DNA of 32,000 nucleotides, taken from NCBI RefSeq assembly GCF_010727475.1, contig NZ_AP022567.1, forward strand, positions 2,481,910 through 2,513,909, given 5' to 3'. This document shows positions 9,101 through 16,172 of the stretch, in pieces. This DNA comes from Mycolicibacterium mageritense. Lineage in GTDB: Bacteria > Actinomycetota > Actinomycetes > Mycobacteriales > Mycobacteriaceae. The notes below the pieces were generated by a model. That model did no database searches, was not told where the DNA came from, and saw nothing but the letters and a program-made list of their open reading frames with translations. Numbering within the stretch: position 1 is the first letter of the stretch; each line of letters begins with the position of its first letter. Made by a program: the position numbers and the translations under genes.

Positions 9101-9922
9101 GTTGAATCCGGCCCGCTTCTCCGAGACAAAACCCTCGCTGACAAACGCACCCACGAGCAGGGCTTCGAGTGCGTCGTGCCAGTCCGCGGGCCCGAATTCC
9201 ATCGGCGGGGTCCGTTGGATCGCCACCCGGTCGTCCGGGCGGATCTCCTCGATCAGCTTCCACAGCAGCGTCGGCACGCCGGCCACATCCACCAGGCACA
9301 GCACCGGGTGGTTGGCGGTTCCCGTGACCTCGTATCCCTCGTCGGTGCGCACCGTGTAGGTCTGGTGCTCGCCGGAGTGGAACAAGCGGTCCGCCGACAC
9401 CGGGTTGCCGTGACGGTCGACAACTTTGAGATCGATCACGTTGTCGGTGTTGGGCCGTGCGCCGGGGACGACGTCCGCGATGCGCACCGACTGTCCCATC
9501 GGCAGACGCACCAACGCATCGCCGGTGATGCAGTACCTCATCGCCGCCGGCGGGTCGTTACCCGGCGAACCGAAGTTGCCCTGCCCGTCGACGAGGGGGT
9601 AGCGCAGCGACCACGGCTGCGCCATCCGGACCAGGGTGTCGTAGATCGAGGCGTCACCGTGCGGGTGGTAGTTACCCATGGTCTCGGCGACCGAACGTGC
9701 GGATTTCGCGTGGCTGCGATCAGGACGGAACCCCGAGTCGTACATCGCGTAGAGCACCCGGCGGTGCACGGGCTTCAGACCGTCGCGCACCTCCGGCAGC
9801 GCACGGCCGACGATCACGCTCATGGCGTAGTCGATGTAGCTGCGCTGCATCTCCTGCTGGATGTCGACCGGTTCGATCCGGTCGCCCGCTTCGCCTCCCG
9901 GTGGGAGGGTGGTGTCAGTCAT
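6155..9922 (-). CDS. gyrA: DNA gyrase subunit A, interrupted in frame by an intein
   Basis: 1255-aa ORF. The N-extein (aa 1-130, ...[21 protein letters not shown]...[45 protein letters not shown]) and C-extein ([23 protein letters not shown]...) are canonical GyrA. 834 aa without the intein. Acidic C-terminal tail. Confidence 0.98.
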   Translation of the reverse strand: MTDTTLPPGGEAGDRIEPVDIQQEMQRSYIDYAMSVIVGRALPEVRDGLKPVHRRVLYAMYDSGFRPDRSHAKSARSVAETMGNYHPHGDASIYDTLVRMAQPWSLRYPLVDGQGNFGSPGNDPPAAMRYCITGDALVRLPMGQSVRIADVVPGARPNTDNVIDLKVVDRHGNPVSADRLFHSGEHQTYTVRTDEGYEVTGTANHPVLCLVDVAGVPTLLWKLIEEIRPDDRVAIQRTPPMEFGPADWHDALEALLVGAFVSEGFVSEKRAGFNNLDRDFFTMVVAAYDAVVGGPRYTSARTIASGSELFELDIHNLEALRKSRLADMIGQRSADKAVPEWLWHAPAAVKRVFLQALFEGDGSCSALPRNTIQVSYSTRSERLAKDVQQMLLEFGVVSRRYRHATGEHKVVITNRAQAELFVSQVGFGGAKRAKLDAIVAALPEKAAGLDGDHVPGLAEFIRAHGGGRWADKEWLRKHNIDRLDRWRRNGAEILSHIADPDVRAIASELTDGRFYYARVSSVTEAGVQPVYSLRVDTDDHAFITNGFVSHNTEARLTPLAMEMLREIDEETVDFIPNYDGRVQEPTVLPSRFPNLLANGSGGIAVGMATNIPPHNLRELAEAVYWCLENYDADEEATLAAVCERVKGPDFPTHGLIVGSQGIEDTYKTGRGSIKMRGVVEIEEDSRGRTGIVITELPYQVNHDNFITSIAEQVRDGKLAGISNIEDQSSDRVGLRIVVELKRDAVAKVVLNNLYKHTQLQTSFGANMLSIVDGVPRTLRLDQLIRLYVDHQLDVIVRRTRYRLRKANERAHILRGLVKALDALDEVIALIRASQTVDIARAGLIELLDIDEIQAQAILDMQLRRLAALERQKIVDDLAKIEAEIADLEDILAKPERQRAIVRDELAEIVEKHGDDRRTRIVPADGEVSDEDLIAREDVVVTITETGYAKRTKTDLYRSQKRGGKGVQGAGLKQDDIVNHFFVCSTHDWILFFTTQGRVYRAKAYELPEASRTARGQHVANLLAFQPEERIAQVIQLKSYEDAPYLVLATRNGLVKKSKLTDFDSNRSGGIVAVNLRDGDELVGAVLCSAEDDLLLVSANGQSIRFSATDEALRPMGRATSGVQGMRFNEDDRLLSLNVVRPDTYLLVATAGGYAKRTAIDEYSVQGRGGKGILTIQYDRKRGSLVGALIVDDETELYAITSGGGVIRTAARQVRKAGRQTKGVRLMNLGEGDTLIAIARNAEEGPEAEAAEPDEA
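8270..9532 (-). mobile_element. GyrA intein (421 codons) with LAGLIDADG homing-endonuclease domain
   Basis: Starts at Cys131 (TGC, 9532-9530) right after AAMRY. Ends ...[10 protein letters not shown] (AAC, 8272-8270) followed by Thr (TEARL). The splicing blocks CITGDALV... and ...[13 protein letters not shown] closely resemble the M. xenopi GyrA mini-intein from memory. Central LAGLIDADG blocks [11 protein letters not shown] and [11 protein letters not shown]. Confidence 0.93.
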
Positions 9923-10108
9923 CTAGTCCTCGTTCGTCAGGTTCGCCCGGGCGTACAGCAACCACGGGCAACCCTGAAAGTCTAGTTGGTCTGCGGCGCG
10001 GCGCCCTGCGGCGTGTCGTCGGGTGTCGGGGGAACGTCCCGCGTCGGGCGCGGCACCGAGCGAACCCGTAATTGTCGACGGCGTCATCGCCGCCGCCCCG
10101 GTCAGGCG

Positions 10109-11302
10109 TCAACGCAGCCGTGGCACGCGGCGATTGCGGTTGAACCCCTCGGCCACCGACGCGGTGAGATCCAGAAAGGCTTGCCGCGTCTTGCGATTCA
10201 GCAGATCCATCGATATCTCGGCGCCTTCGGCGAGGTGATCGTCGAACGGGATCACCACCACGTCGCGCACGCGGGCCTTGAAGTGCATGGTCAGCTGATC
10301 GATGTCGACGGGCACGGCGCCGGGCCGCGCCGAGCTGAGCACCACCGTGGCGTCGGGCACGAGATGGGCGTGGCCGTGATGCTGCAGCCAGTCCAGTGTC
10401 GCCAGGGCGCTGCGGGCCGAATCGATCGCCGGCGAGGCCACCAGGACCAGGGCATCGGCCGCGTCGAGCACGCCGTTCATGGCCGAGTGGGTCAAGCCGG
10501 TGCCGCAGTCGGTGAGGATGATGTTGTAGAAGCGATCCAGGATGTCGTGCACGGCCCGGTAGTCGGCCTCGGAGAACGCTTCCGACACTGCGGGATCGCG
10601 CTCAGAGGCCAGGATCTCCAGCCGGCTCGGGCTCTGTGAGGTGTGCCTGCGCACGTCGGAGTAACGGAAGATCTCCTGGTCGGCCAGCAGGTCGCGGACC
10701 GTGGAGCGAGTCTCGCTCGGGCCGCGCTGGGCCAGCGTCCCGAAGTCCGGGTTGGCGTCCACCGCGATCACGCGGTCGCCCCGGTTCGCGGCGAACGTCG
10801 AGCCGAGGCACACCGTCGTCGTTGTCTTCCCGACGCCGCCCTTGAGGGACAGCACGGCGATGCTGTACGCGCCGCGGACCGGCTGGTTCACCCGGTCCAG
10901 AGCGCTCTGCAGACGCGGATCTGCTTGCGGCTCAGGGAGATTCATCGTCCCGCCGGTCATGCGGTTCATGACCTTGCGCCAGCCGTTCTGGTGCGCCTGC
11001 TTGCGCGGGCGCAGCCCGAGCTCCTCGGCCGTCGTCCGCCGCGTGTAGATGACGGTCGGCTCATCCGGCACCGCGGCCGTGAAGTTCGTCGAAATCGGCG
11101 TCAGGCCGTGCGGCTGCGGCCGAGGATCCTGCGGGGGCGGTGGCGGTGGGGGCAGATATGGCTGCGGCTGGGGCGGAGGTGGCGGCGGGACAGCTTGGCC
11201 GTTCGAAGGCGGAGCCGGCTGACCGGAGGGCGCGCCGGGCACACGGATCGGCGTGGTCGCCTCATCCGGCTGCTGGTGGCCGTCAGGATCGGTCGGGGTC
11301 AA
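10109..11302 (-). CDS. EspI-like ESX-associated ParA/MinD-family ATPase with proline-rich N-terminus
   Basis: 397 aa. TTG start overlaps the eccA stop (TTGA, 11302-11299). N-terminal PPPPPPQPQPYLPPPPPPPQDPRP. C-terminal deviant Walker A SLKGGVGKTTTT, then DANPDFG and ILTDCGTG. Same architecture as ESX-1 EspI (Rv3876). Confidence 0.75.
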   Translation of the reverse strand: MTPTDPDGHQQPDEATTPIRVPGAPSGQPAPPSNGQAVPPPPPPQPQPYLPPPPPPPQDPRPQPHGLTPISTNFTAAVPDEPTVIYTRRTTAEELGLRPRKQAHQNGWRKVMNRMTGGTMNLPEPQADPRLQSALDRVNQPVRGAYSIAVLSLKGGVGKTTTTVCLGSTFAANRGDRVIAVDANPDFGTLAQRGPSETRSTVRDLLADQEIFRYSDVRRHTSQSPSRLEILASERDPAVSEAFSEADYRAVHDILDRFYNIILTDCGTGLTHSAMNGVLDAADALVLVASPAIDSARSALATLDWLQHHGHAHLVPDATVVLSSARPGAVPVDIDQLTMHFKARVRDVVVIPFDDHLAEGAEISMDLLNRKTRQAFLDLTASVAEGFNRNRRVPRLR

Positions 11303-13116
11303 GAGTCCAGATTCAGGGTTTGCAGGATGTTGCTGATCGCGGCCTTCATGTCGACGGCCTCGATCCGCATGAGGGCATCCTCGTCGAGGGATTCCAGTTC
11401 GGCGCCATGGCTTTCGCTGAGTCGGTACTCGCGCTCCTCCTCGGCCGACTCGATGACGTTTCGGATGAAACGGCCGTTGCCGGCGAGGTCGATATTGCGC
11501 CGGACCTTACCGTCGTGATCGGTCGACTCCTGGGCGCACAACCGGGTGCACACCGCGACGAGCTCGTCGTGGGCCTCCGAACTCAGCTCGGAGTCACGCG
11601 CCTTCGCGGTGATCCGGCCGATGTCACCGAGCTCGGCCGGGGTGTACGACGCGAACCGGATCCGCTTGGTGAAACGCGAGGACAGGCCTTCGTTCGAGGC
11701 CAGGAACCGGTCGATCTCGGCGTCATACCCGGCGATGATGACCACGAGCCGGTCGCGATCGTTCTCCATGCGCGCCAGCAGCGTGTCGACGGCTTCGCGG
11801 CCGAACGCGTCGCCACCGGACAGGCCGGTCTGAATCAGGGTGTAGGCCTCGTCGATGAACAGCACACCGTCCATCGCACTGTCGATCAGCGCCGACGTCT
11901 TGATCGCGGTGCTGCCCAGGTGCTGCCCCACGAAATCCTGGCGCTTGGCCTCGATCACCGCCGGTGTCTTCAAAAGCCCCAGGCCGCAATAGGTTTGAGC
12001 GACGACGCGGGCGATGGTGGTCTTGCCGGTTCCGGGCGGGCCGGTGAAGGCCAGGTGCAGGCTGCGGGCCGCGGTGGTCAGCCCCTTGTCCTCGCGCACC
12101 TTCGCCAGGCGGGCCGCCGAACGCAGCTTGGCCACCTGCAGTTTCACGTCGCTCAGGCCGACCTGCCGGTCCAGCTCGTCCTGGGCCGCCCGCAGATACT
12201 CGTTGCCTCGCTCGGTCAGGCTCTCGGCGTCGAACTCCGCCGCGCTGCGTGCGGACGCCGGATCCCACTTGTCGCTGCGGGAGTCGATGATCTCCTTGGT
12301 CGTGACGATCAGCCGGTACTTCGGATCGTTGAGTGCGGCGGAGTTCGCCTCGAAACCGGGTTCCTCGCTGTAGATCCGCTCGAAGATCTTCCTGGCTTCC
12401 GGCTCGTTGCCCATCTCGCGCAGGGTGAGGCCTTTGCAGAATTCGGCGGCGCGGCTTGCTGCGGGGATCGGCCCTTCGATCGCCTGGTCGAGCCTGCGCA
12501 GGCCCTCGCCGAACAATCCCATCTGCGCGCACGCCGAACCGACCATGAGGTGTGAGCCCGCGGAGATGTATTCGTCGGTGAACTGTGCGGACGCCGCCAA
12601 CGCCGTGAGCACGTCGGGCCACCGTTGCGTGGTGAAGTGCAGGACGCCGCGGATGTACGCGCAGATTTCGTCGGACCCCGAGTCGTCGGGCATGGTCGCC
12701 CGCAGCTTCGCGAGCTCGTCGAGGGCCATCTCGGCCTCGTCGTAATCCTTGCCCTGAATCATGCTGGCGGCGTATGCCAGGTGCACCTCGGTGAGAGAGC
12801 TCAGCGTGTAGTCCAGGTAGAGCCCCGTCTGGAACCGTCCGCCGAGAGTGCGCGGCGGCAGACCGAGCCGCCGCTGTTCACGACCCAGGTTCTTGCTCGA
12901 GCGATGAAGATGGTGGATCACCTCGGGCGTCGACTCGCCGGCCGCCGCCCGGCCCAGCCAGGCATCGCACATGTCGGGGTCGTACTCGGTGGCGCGTTTG
13001 AAAGCCAAGGCGGCGTACTGCACGTCGGGCTCGGTCTCCAAGCCGTCGATGGGTATCCCGAGGGACAGCACGCCCGCATCGAACACCCGCTGCGCGTCCC
13101 TGGTGCCACCACTCAT
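11299..13116 (-). CDS. eccA: ESX type VII secretion AAA+ ATPase EccA
   Basis: CbxX-type AAA+ half with Walker A FTGPPGTGKTT, Walker B VLFIDEAY and ARMENDRDRLVVIIAGY. TPR-like N-half (CDAWLGRAAAGE). Colinear with Mtb EccA1 from memory. Start placed at ATG 13116 (605 aa); the track ORF extends to 13197. Confidence 0.9.
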   Translation of the reverse strand: MSGGTRDAQRVFDAGVLSLGIPIDGLETEPDVQYAALAFKRATEYDPDMCDAWLGRAAAGESTPEVIHHLHRSSKNLGREQRRLGLPPRTLGGRFQTGLYLDYTLSSLTEVHLAYAASMIQGKDYDEAEMALDELAKLRATMPDDSGSDEICAYIRGVLHFTTQRWPDVLTALAASAQFTDEYISAGSHLMVGSACAQMGLFGEGLRRLDQAIEGPIPAASRAAEFCKGLTLREMGNEPEARKIFERIYSEEPGFEANSAALNDPKYRLIVTTKEIIDSRSDKWDPASARSAAEFDAESLTERGNEYLRAAQDELDRQVGLSDVKLQVAKLRSAARLAKVREDKGLTTAARSLHLAFTGPPGTGKTTIARVVAQTYCGLGLLKTPAVIEAKRQDFVGQHLGSTAIKTSALIDSAMDGVLFIDEAYTLIQTGLSGGDAFGREAVDTLLARMENDRDRLVVIIAGYDAEIDRFLASNEGLSSRFTKRIRFASYTPAELGDIGRITAKARDSELSSEAHDELVAVCTRLCAQESTDHDGKVRRNIDLAGNGRFIRNVIESAEEEREYRLSESHGAELESLDEDALMRIEAVDMKAAISNILQTLNLDS

Positions 13117-13272
13117 CCGTGGATCCCTATCTTTCGTCCGAACAACGTGGGGTTTCGCGGATTCGTCGACGCAGGCAACGCAGCCCCCAGCGGACAAATT
13201 ACTGCAGCCCGGCCTCCTGCGATTGTACTAAGTTGACACCTAGACGGCGTCCGAGTGTTTGGGGAGGTGCCG

Positions 13273-13599
13273 ATGGAGGTCCGGCCGGTGCGGTCGTCGG
13301 GTGGCGACATCCAGGTACTGACGACCGAACGGGGTCTGCCGATCCGGCTCAAACTCAGCCAGCGCGCGCTTGCGCAGGCTCCGCAGGATCTGGCGCAGGA
13401 GCTCCTGACGCTGTGCCAGCTCTCGGCCAAGCGGGCCCAGGTGGCACACCGGCGGGAATTGGCGCAGCGGGGGTTCAGCTCTGAGCTGGTTCGCAATTTC
13501 AACCTCGCGACCGAGGACGAGCTCGCGGCGGCCGAGGCCGCGTTCCGCGGCGACGACGACGAGGACGGTCCGCCCGATACGTGGATGAGGTCGGTATGA
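13273..13599 (+). CDS. Small YbaB/EbfC-EspL-like protein (core only) with acidic tail
   Basis: ATG 13273 with GGAGG 5 nt upstream. 108 aa. GGDIQVLTTERGLPIRLKLSQRALAQAPQDLAQELLTLCQLSAKRAQ resembles the YbaB/EspL core. Stop overlaps the next ATG (ATGA, 13596-13599). Confidence 0.55.
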   Translation: MEVRPVRSSGGDIQVLTTERGLPIRLKLSQRALAQAPQDLAQELLTLCQLSAKRAQVAHRRELAQRGFSSELVRNFNLATEDELAAAEAAFRGDDDEDGPPDTWMRSV

Positions 13600-13949
13600 A
13601 CGGCGGCCTGGCGGATTCGTTGATCGCGCGAATCATCAAGCAGCGCGATCTGATGCAGGCGATGGACGAGCACCTCAAGTCCATCTCCGCGCGGGTCACC
13701 AGCCGGGATCAGTCGGTCAGCGTCGAGGTCGACGGCATCGGGACTCTCAAGGGCATCTGGCTCGGCGAGAACGCGTACCGACATGGGCCGGACGGGCTGG
13801 CCCGGTTGATCATCGAGACCGGGCAGGCCGCTGCCAAGACCGCGCTGGACCGGCAGAACTACCTGATGAAGGAGTTCAACAGCCGGCTCGCGGCACTTCA
13901 GCAAACCCCGCTGACGAAGTGGGACGGAACGACGGTGACACCGTCGTGA
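13596..13949 (+). CDS. YbaB/EbfC-family, EspL-like protein
   Basis: 117 aa. N-terminal helix (LIARIIKQRDLMQAMDEHLKSISARV) followed by SVSVEVDGIGTLKGIWLGENAY...GLARLIIETGQAAAKTA. This is the same layout as YbaB and Mtb EspL (Rv3880c) from memory. Confidence 0.7.
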   Translation: MNGGLADSLIARIIKQRDLMQAMDEHLKSISARVTSRDQSVSVEVDGIGTLKGIWLGENAYRHGPDGLARLIIETGQAAAKTALDRQNYLMKEFNSRLAALQQTPLTKWDGTTVTPS

Positions 13950-14114
13950 TGGAACCGGTTATCTGTTTGCCGGCAGGTCAACCAGCGTTTGCTTGGCCTT
14001 GATGCGACTACAAGTGGGACAAAAATATGTGTTAGCTGCCCCTTGTGGCGCGGGTTATAGTTCCGAAAGGGACTAAAACCACAGCTACTTGGCAGTAACC
14101 GGGGAGGGGTAACG

Positions 14115-14405
14115 ATGTCCGACACCATGAAGGTTGTTCCTGGTGTGCTGGAGGCGTTCAACGCGGCCAACAGTGCAGCTGGTGCGACGATCTCGGCGGC
14201 GGGCTCCGCAGATGCCGCTGCCATGAGCAGCGCGGTGGCCACCGCCATCGGGCCGATCGGGTTGATCTACCTGAACGGATTCCTTCCGGCGATGTTCACC
14301 AACCTCACGCAGACCGTTGACGTCGGCCTGAACCACACCTTGATCGGTGCCGCGACCGAAGTTACGAAGGTGTCCACGGTCGCCACGGACGCTTCGTTCA
14401 CCTGA
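14115..14405 (+). CDS. Small helical T7SS-substrate-like protein (PE / EspC-EspF-like)
   Basis: ATG 14115 with GGAGG upstream. 96 aa, Ala-rich. N-terminal MKVVPGVLEAFNAANSAAG... follows the L-x-V-x-P-x-x-L pattern of PE/EspC-type proteins. Sits 3 nt upstream of a large WxG protein. Confidence 0.55.
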   Translation: MSDTMKVVPGVLEAFNAANSAAGATISAAGSADAAAMSSAVATAIGPIGLIYLNGFLPAMFTNLTQTVDVGLNHTLIGAATEVTKVSTVATDASFT

Positions 14406-14408
14406 CCC

Positions 14409-15809
14409 ATGCCGGCCACTCCAGCGCCGCCGGGCAATCCGACGCCGGTAGCCCCGTCGGTTCCGATCAGCCCAAGCCACCCCGGGAGCAGTGCACCTGC
14501 CCCGGTGTTCGATCCCACGCCGTACATCAACGCGCAGGAACAGAACCTCGCGGATTATCTGAATCAACCGGTCCAGGACATCCTCGCCAAGCTCGGGCTC
14601 CCGCCGCTGCCCAACGGTGCACCGCCGCCAGGTGAACCGCCGCCGGAGGGACAGCCGGGGCCCGCGAATCCCATGGATCCCAGCGCGATGATCCAGCCTG
14701 TGCTCGACGCACTCGGCACGTTGGGAACCGGGATCTTCGACAGCGTCGACCCGACCAAGATGTTCGAGGGCATCTCGAAGGCATTCGAGTCCGCATCCAG
14801 CTCGGTGCAAGAAGCACTCGGCTCGATGGAGGGCATGTGGTCGGGGGCTTCGGGCACCTCGGCCGCCGCCAAGACCGGCGAGACGCTGGCCAACGGTGCC
14901 CAGGTGGCATCCCAGTCCGCGGGGTTGGGTGCCAACCTGTCGACGTCGGTGGCCGATGTTCAGCAGGCCCAGATTCGGTTGTTGCAGATCATCGACGAGT
15001 ACAACGCCAAGATCGCGGCCATCGGGCCCAACATCATCTTCCCGTGGGGCCAGGCCCAGGCCGTCGAGGCGGCGACCCAAGCCATCACCATGACCACCGA
15101 GGTCATCACCGAGCTGCAGACCACGCTGGCCGCGCAGGGCGGCGAAGCCGCCGCGATCGGTGCGCCGACGGCACTGGCACAGGCGCCGACGGCCGCTTCT
15201 TCCATGATCAGCCCGATGATCCAGATGGCGACGGGCCTGGCGTCACCGCTGATGCAGGTTGCGACCGAAGGGCTGTCGACCGGCATGCAGACCATCACCG
15301 GTGCGGTGCAGAGCGGCGTGGAAACCGCGACGGGGCTTGCCTCGAGCCTCAGCGGCGCCGCGGGGAAGGGTGCCGACACCGCCGCGTCCACGGCCAGTGG
15401 CACCGGTGGCGCCGGGATGGCTCCGCTGAGCAAGGCCGGCGGAGGCGGCGGAGGAGGAGTACACGGTGGCGGAGGTGGCGGCGGCTCGTCGTCGGTGGCC
15501 CCGTCACGCATGATGACGCCGATGTCGATGCCCACCACCGAATCGACCAACGCCGTCCAGGGTGCCGTCAAACCCGCGTCCGTGTCCGGCGCGAGCATGG
15601 GCGGCGGCGGCATGGGCGGCGCCGGGATGATGGGCGCCGGCCACGGCGCGGGCAAGGCCGGAGTCGACGGCAGCGGACACAATGCCGCGGCGTTCCTGCA
15701 CACCTCCGATCAGGGCGACGAGATCGTCGGGGATCTCGGCAATGTGGCCCCGCCGGTGATCGGTGAGATCGACCCCAACGACAGTCCAGACATCGAACTG
15801 AGAATCTGA
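14409..15809 (+). CDS. Large WxG-containing T7SS-substrate-like protein (EspA/EspE/PPE-related architecture)
   Basis: 466 aa. Pro-rich N-terminus, then a helical region with W-x-G (MEGMWSGASGTSAAAK). A/T/S/Q/M-rich middle, poly-Gly (GGGGGGGVHGGGGGGG), Gly/Met-rich tail MGGGGMGGAGMMGAGHGAGKAG and C-terminal VAPPVIGEID. Confidence 0.6.
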   Translation: MPATPAPPGNPTPVAPSVPISPSHPGSSAPAPVFDPTPYINAQEQNLADYLNQPVQDILAKLGLPPLPNGAPPPGEPPPEGQPGPANPMDPSAMIQPVLDALGTLGTGIFDSVDPTKMFEGISKAFESASSSVQEALGSMEGMWSGASGTSAAAKTGETLANGAQVASQSAGLGANLSTSVADVQQAQIRLLQIIDEYNAKIAAIGPNIIFPWGQAQAVEAATQAITMTTEVITELQTTLAAQGGEAAAIGAPTALAQAPTAASSMISPMIQMATGLASPLMQVATEGLSTGMQTITGAVQSGVETATGLASSLSGAAGKGADTAASTASGTGGAGMAPLSKAGGGGGGGVHGGGGGGGSSSVAPSRMMTPMSMPTTESTNAVQGAVKPASVSGASMGGGGMGGAGMMGAGHGAGKAGVDGSGHNAAAFLHTSDQGDEIVGDLGNVAPPVIGEIDPNDSPDIELRI

Positions 15810-15824
15810 GTCAGGAGTTTTGAC

Positions 15825-16121
15825 ATGGCCAACACCAACGACTTTGCGATGCAGCCCACCGAGGTCGCCGATGCGACCAAGCAGCTCGACGATCTCGCGA
15901 GCCGCGTCGAGAAGGTCATGCAGACCGAGGCGCCCAACCTGACCGTGACCGCGTCCGGCCGTGACGAGGTGTCGCAGCGGGTCGCGTCGACCCTCAATGA
16001 GGTGCATGCCGCCTTCACGCGCTCGTCCGACCAGGGCATCAACGAGGTTCGCGAGGTTGCTGCGACGCTGCGCAAGCACACCGGCGACGTCGTCGCGATC
16101 GATCAGGACTTTGCTGTCTAG
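15825..16121 (+). CDS. PE-family-like protein
   Basis: 98 aa, ATG 15825 with CAGGAG upstream. TASGRDEVSQRVASTLNEVHAAF parallels the PE core (AAADEVSALTAAQFAAHAQMY, from memory). Immediately upstream of a PPE-like gene. Confidence 0.7.
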   Translation: MANTNDFAMQPTEVADATKQLDDLASRVEKVMQTEAPNLTVTASGRDEVSQRVASTLNEVHAAFTRSSDQGINEVREVAATLRKHTGDVVAIDQDFAV

Positions 16122-16172
16122 TTAGCTGGCAATCGAATCCGCGGGTTGTTTCGACCGGAGGGGGGTTAGACC

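Noticed and set aside
9923-10087. 54-codon minus-strand ORF (ATG 10087 to TAG 9925-9923) abutting the gyrA ATG; possible gyrB remnant or upstream peptide
   Set aside because: Its translation (MTPSTITGSLGAAPDAGRSPDTRRHAAGRRAADQLDFQGCPWLLYARANLTNED) has no similarity to the conserved GyrB C-terminus (…NAKDVRFLDV, from memory) and looks like non-coding high-GC sequence.
13233-13238. Perfect TTGACA hexamers at 13233-13238 and 29700-29705 as -35 promoter elements
   Set aside because: No TANNNT -10 element lies at 16-19 bp spacing downstream of either. Mycobacterial promoters rarely depend on a -35 box.
15436-15490. Repetitive GGC/GGA/GGT runs (also 16750-16800 and 20255-20300) as possible tandem-repeat or CRISPR-like arrays
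   Set aside because: They are in-frame poly-glycine codon runs inside the large substrate genes, with no spacer/repeat periodicity. No CRISPR array or rRNA gene is present in the window.
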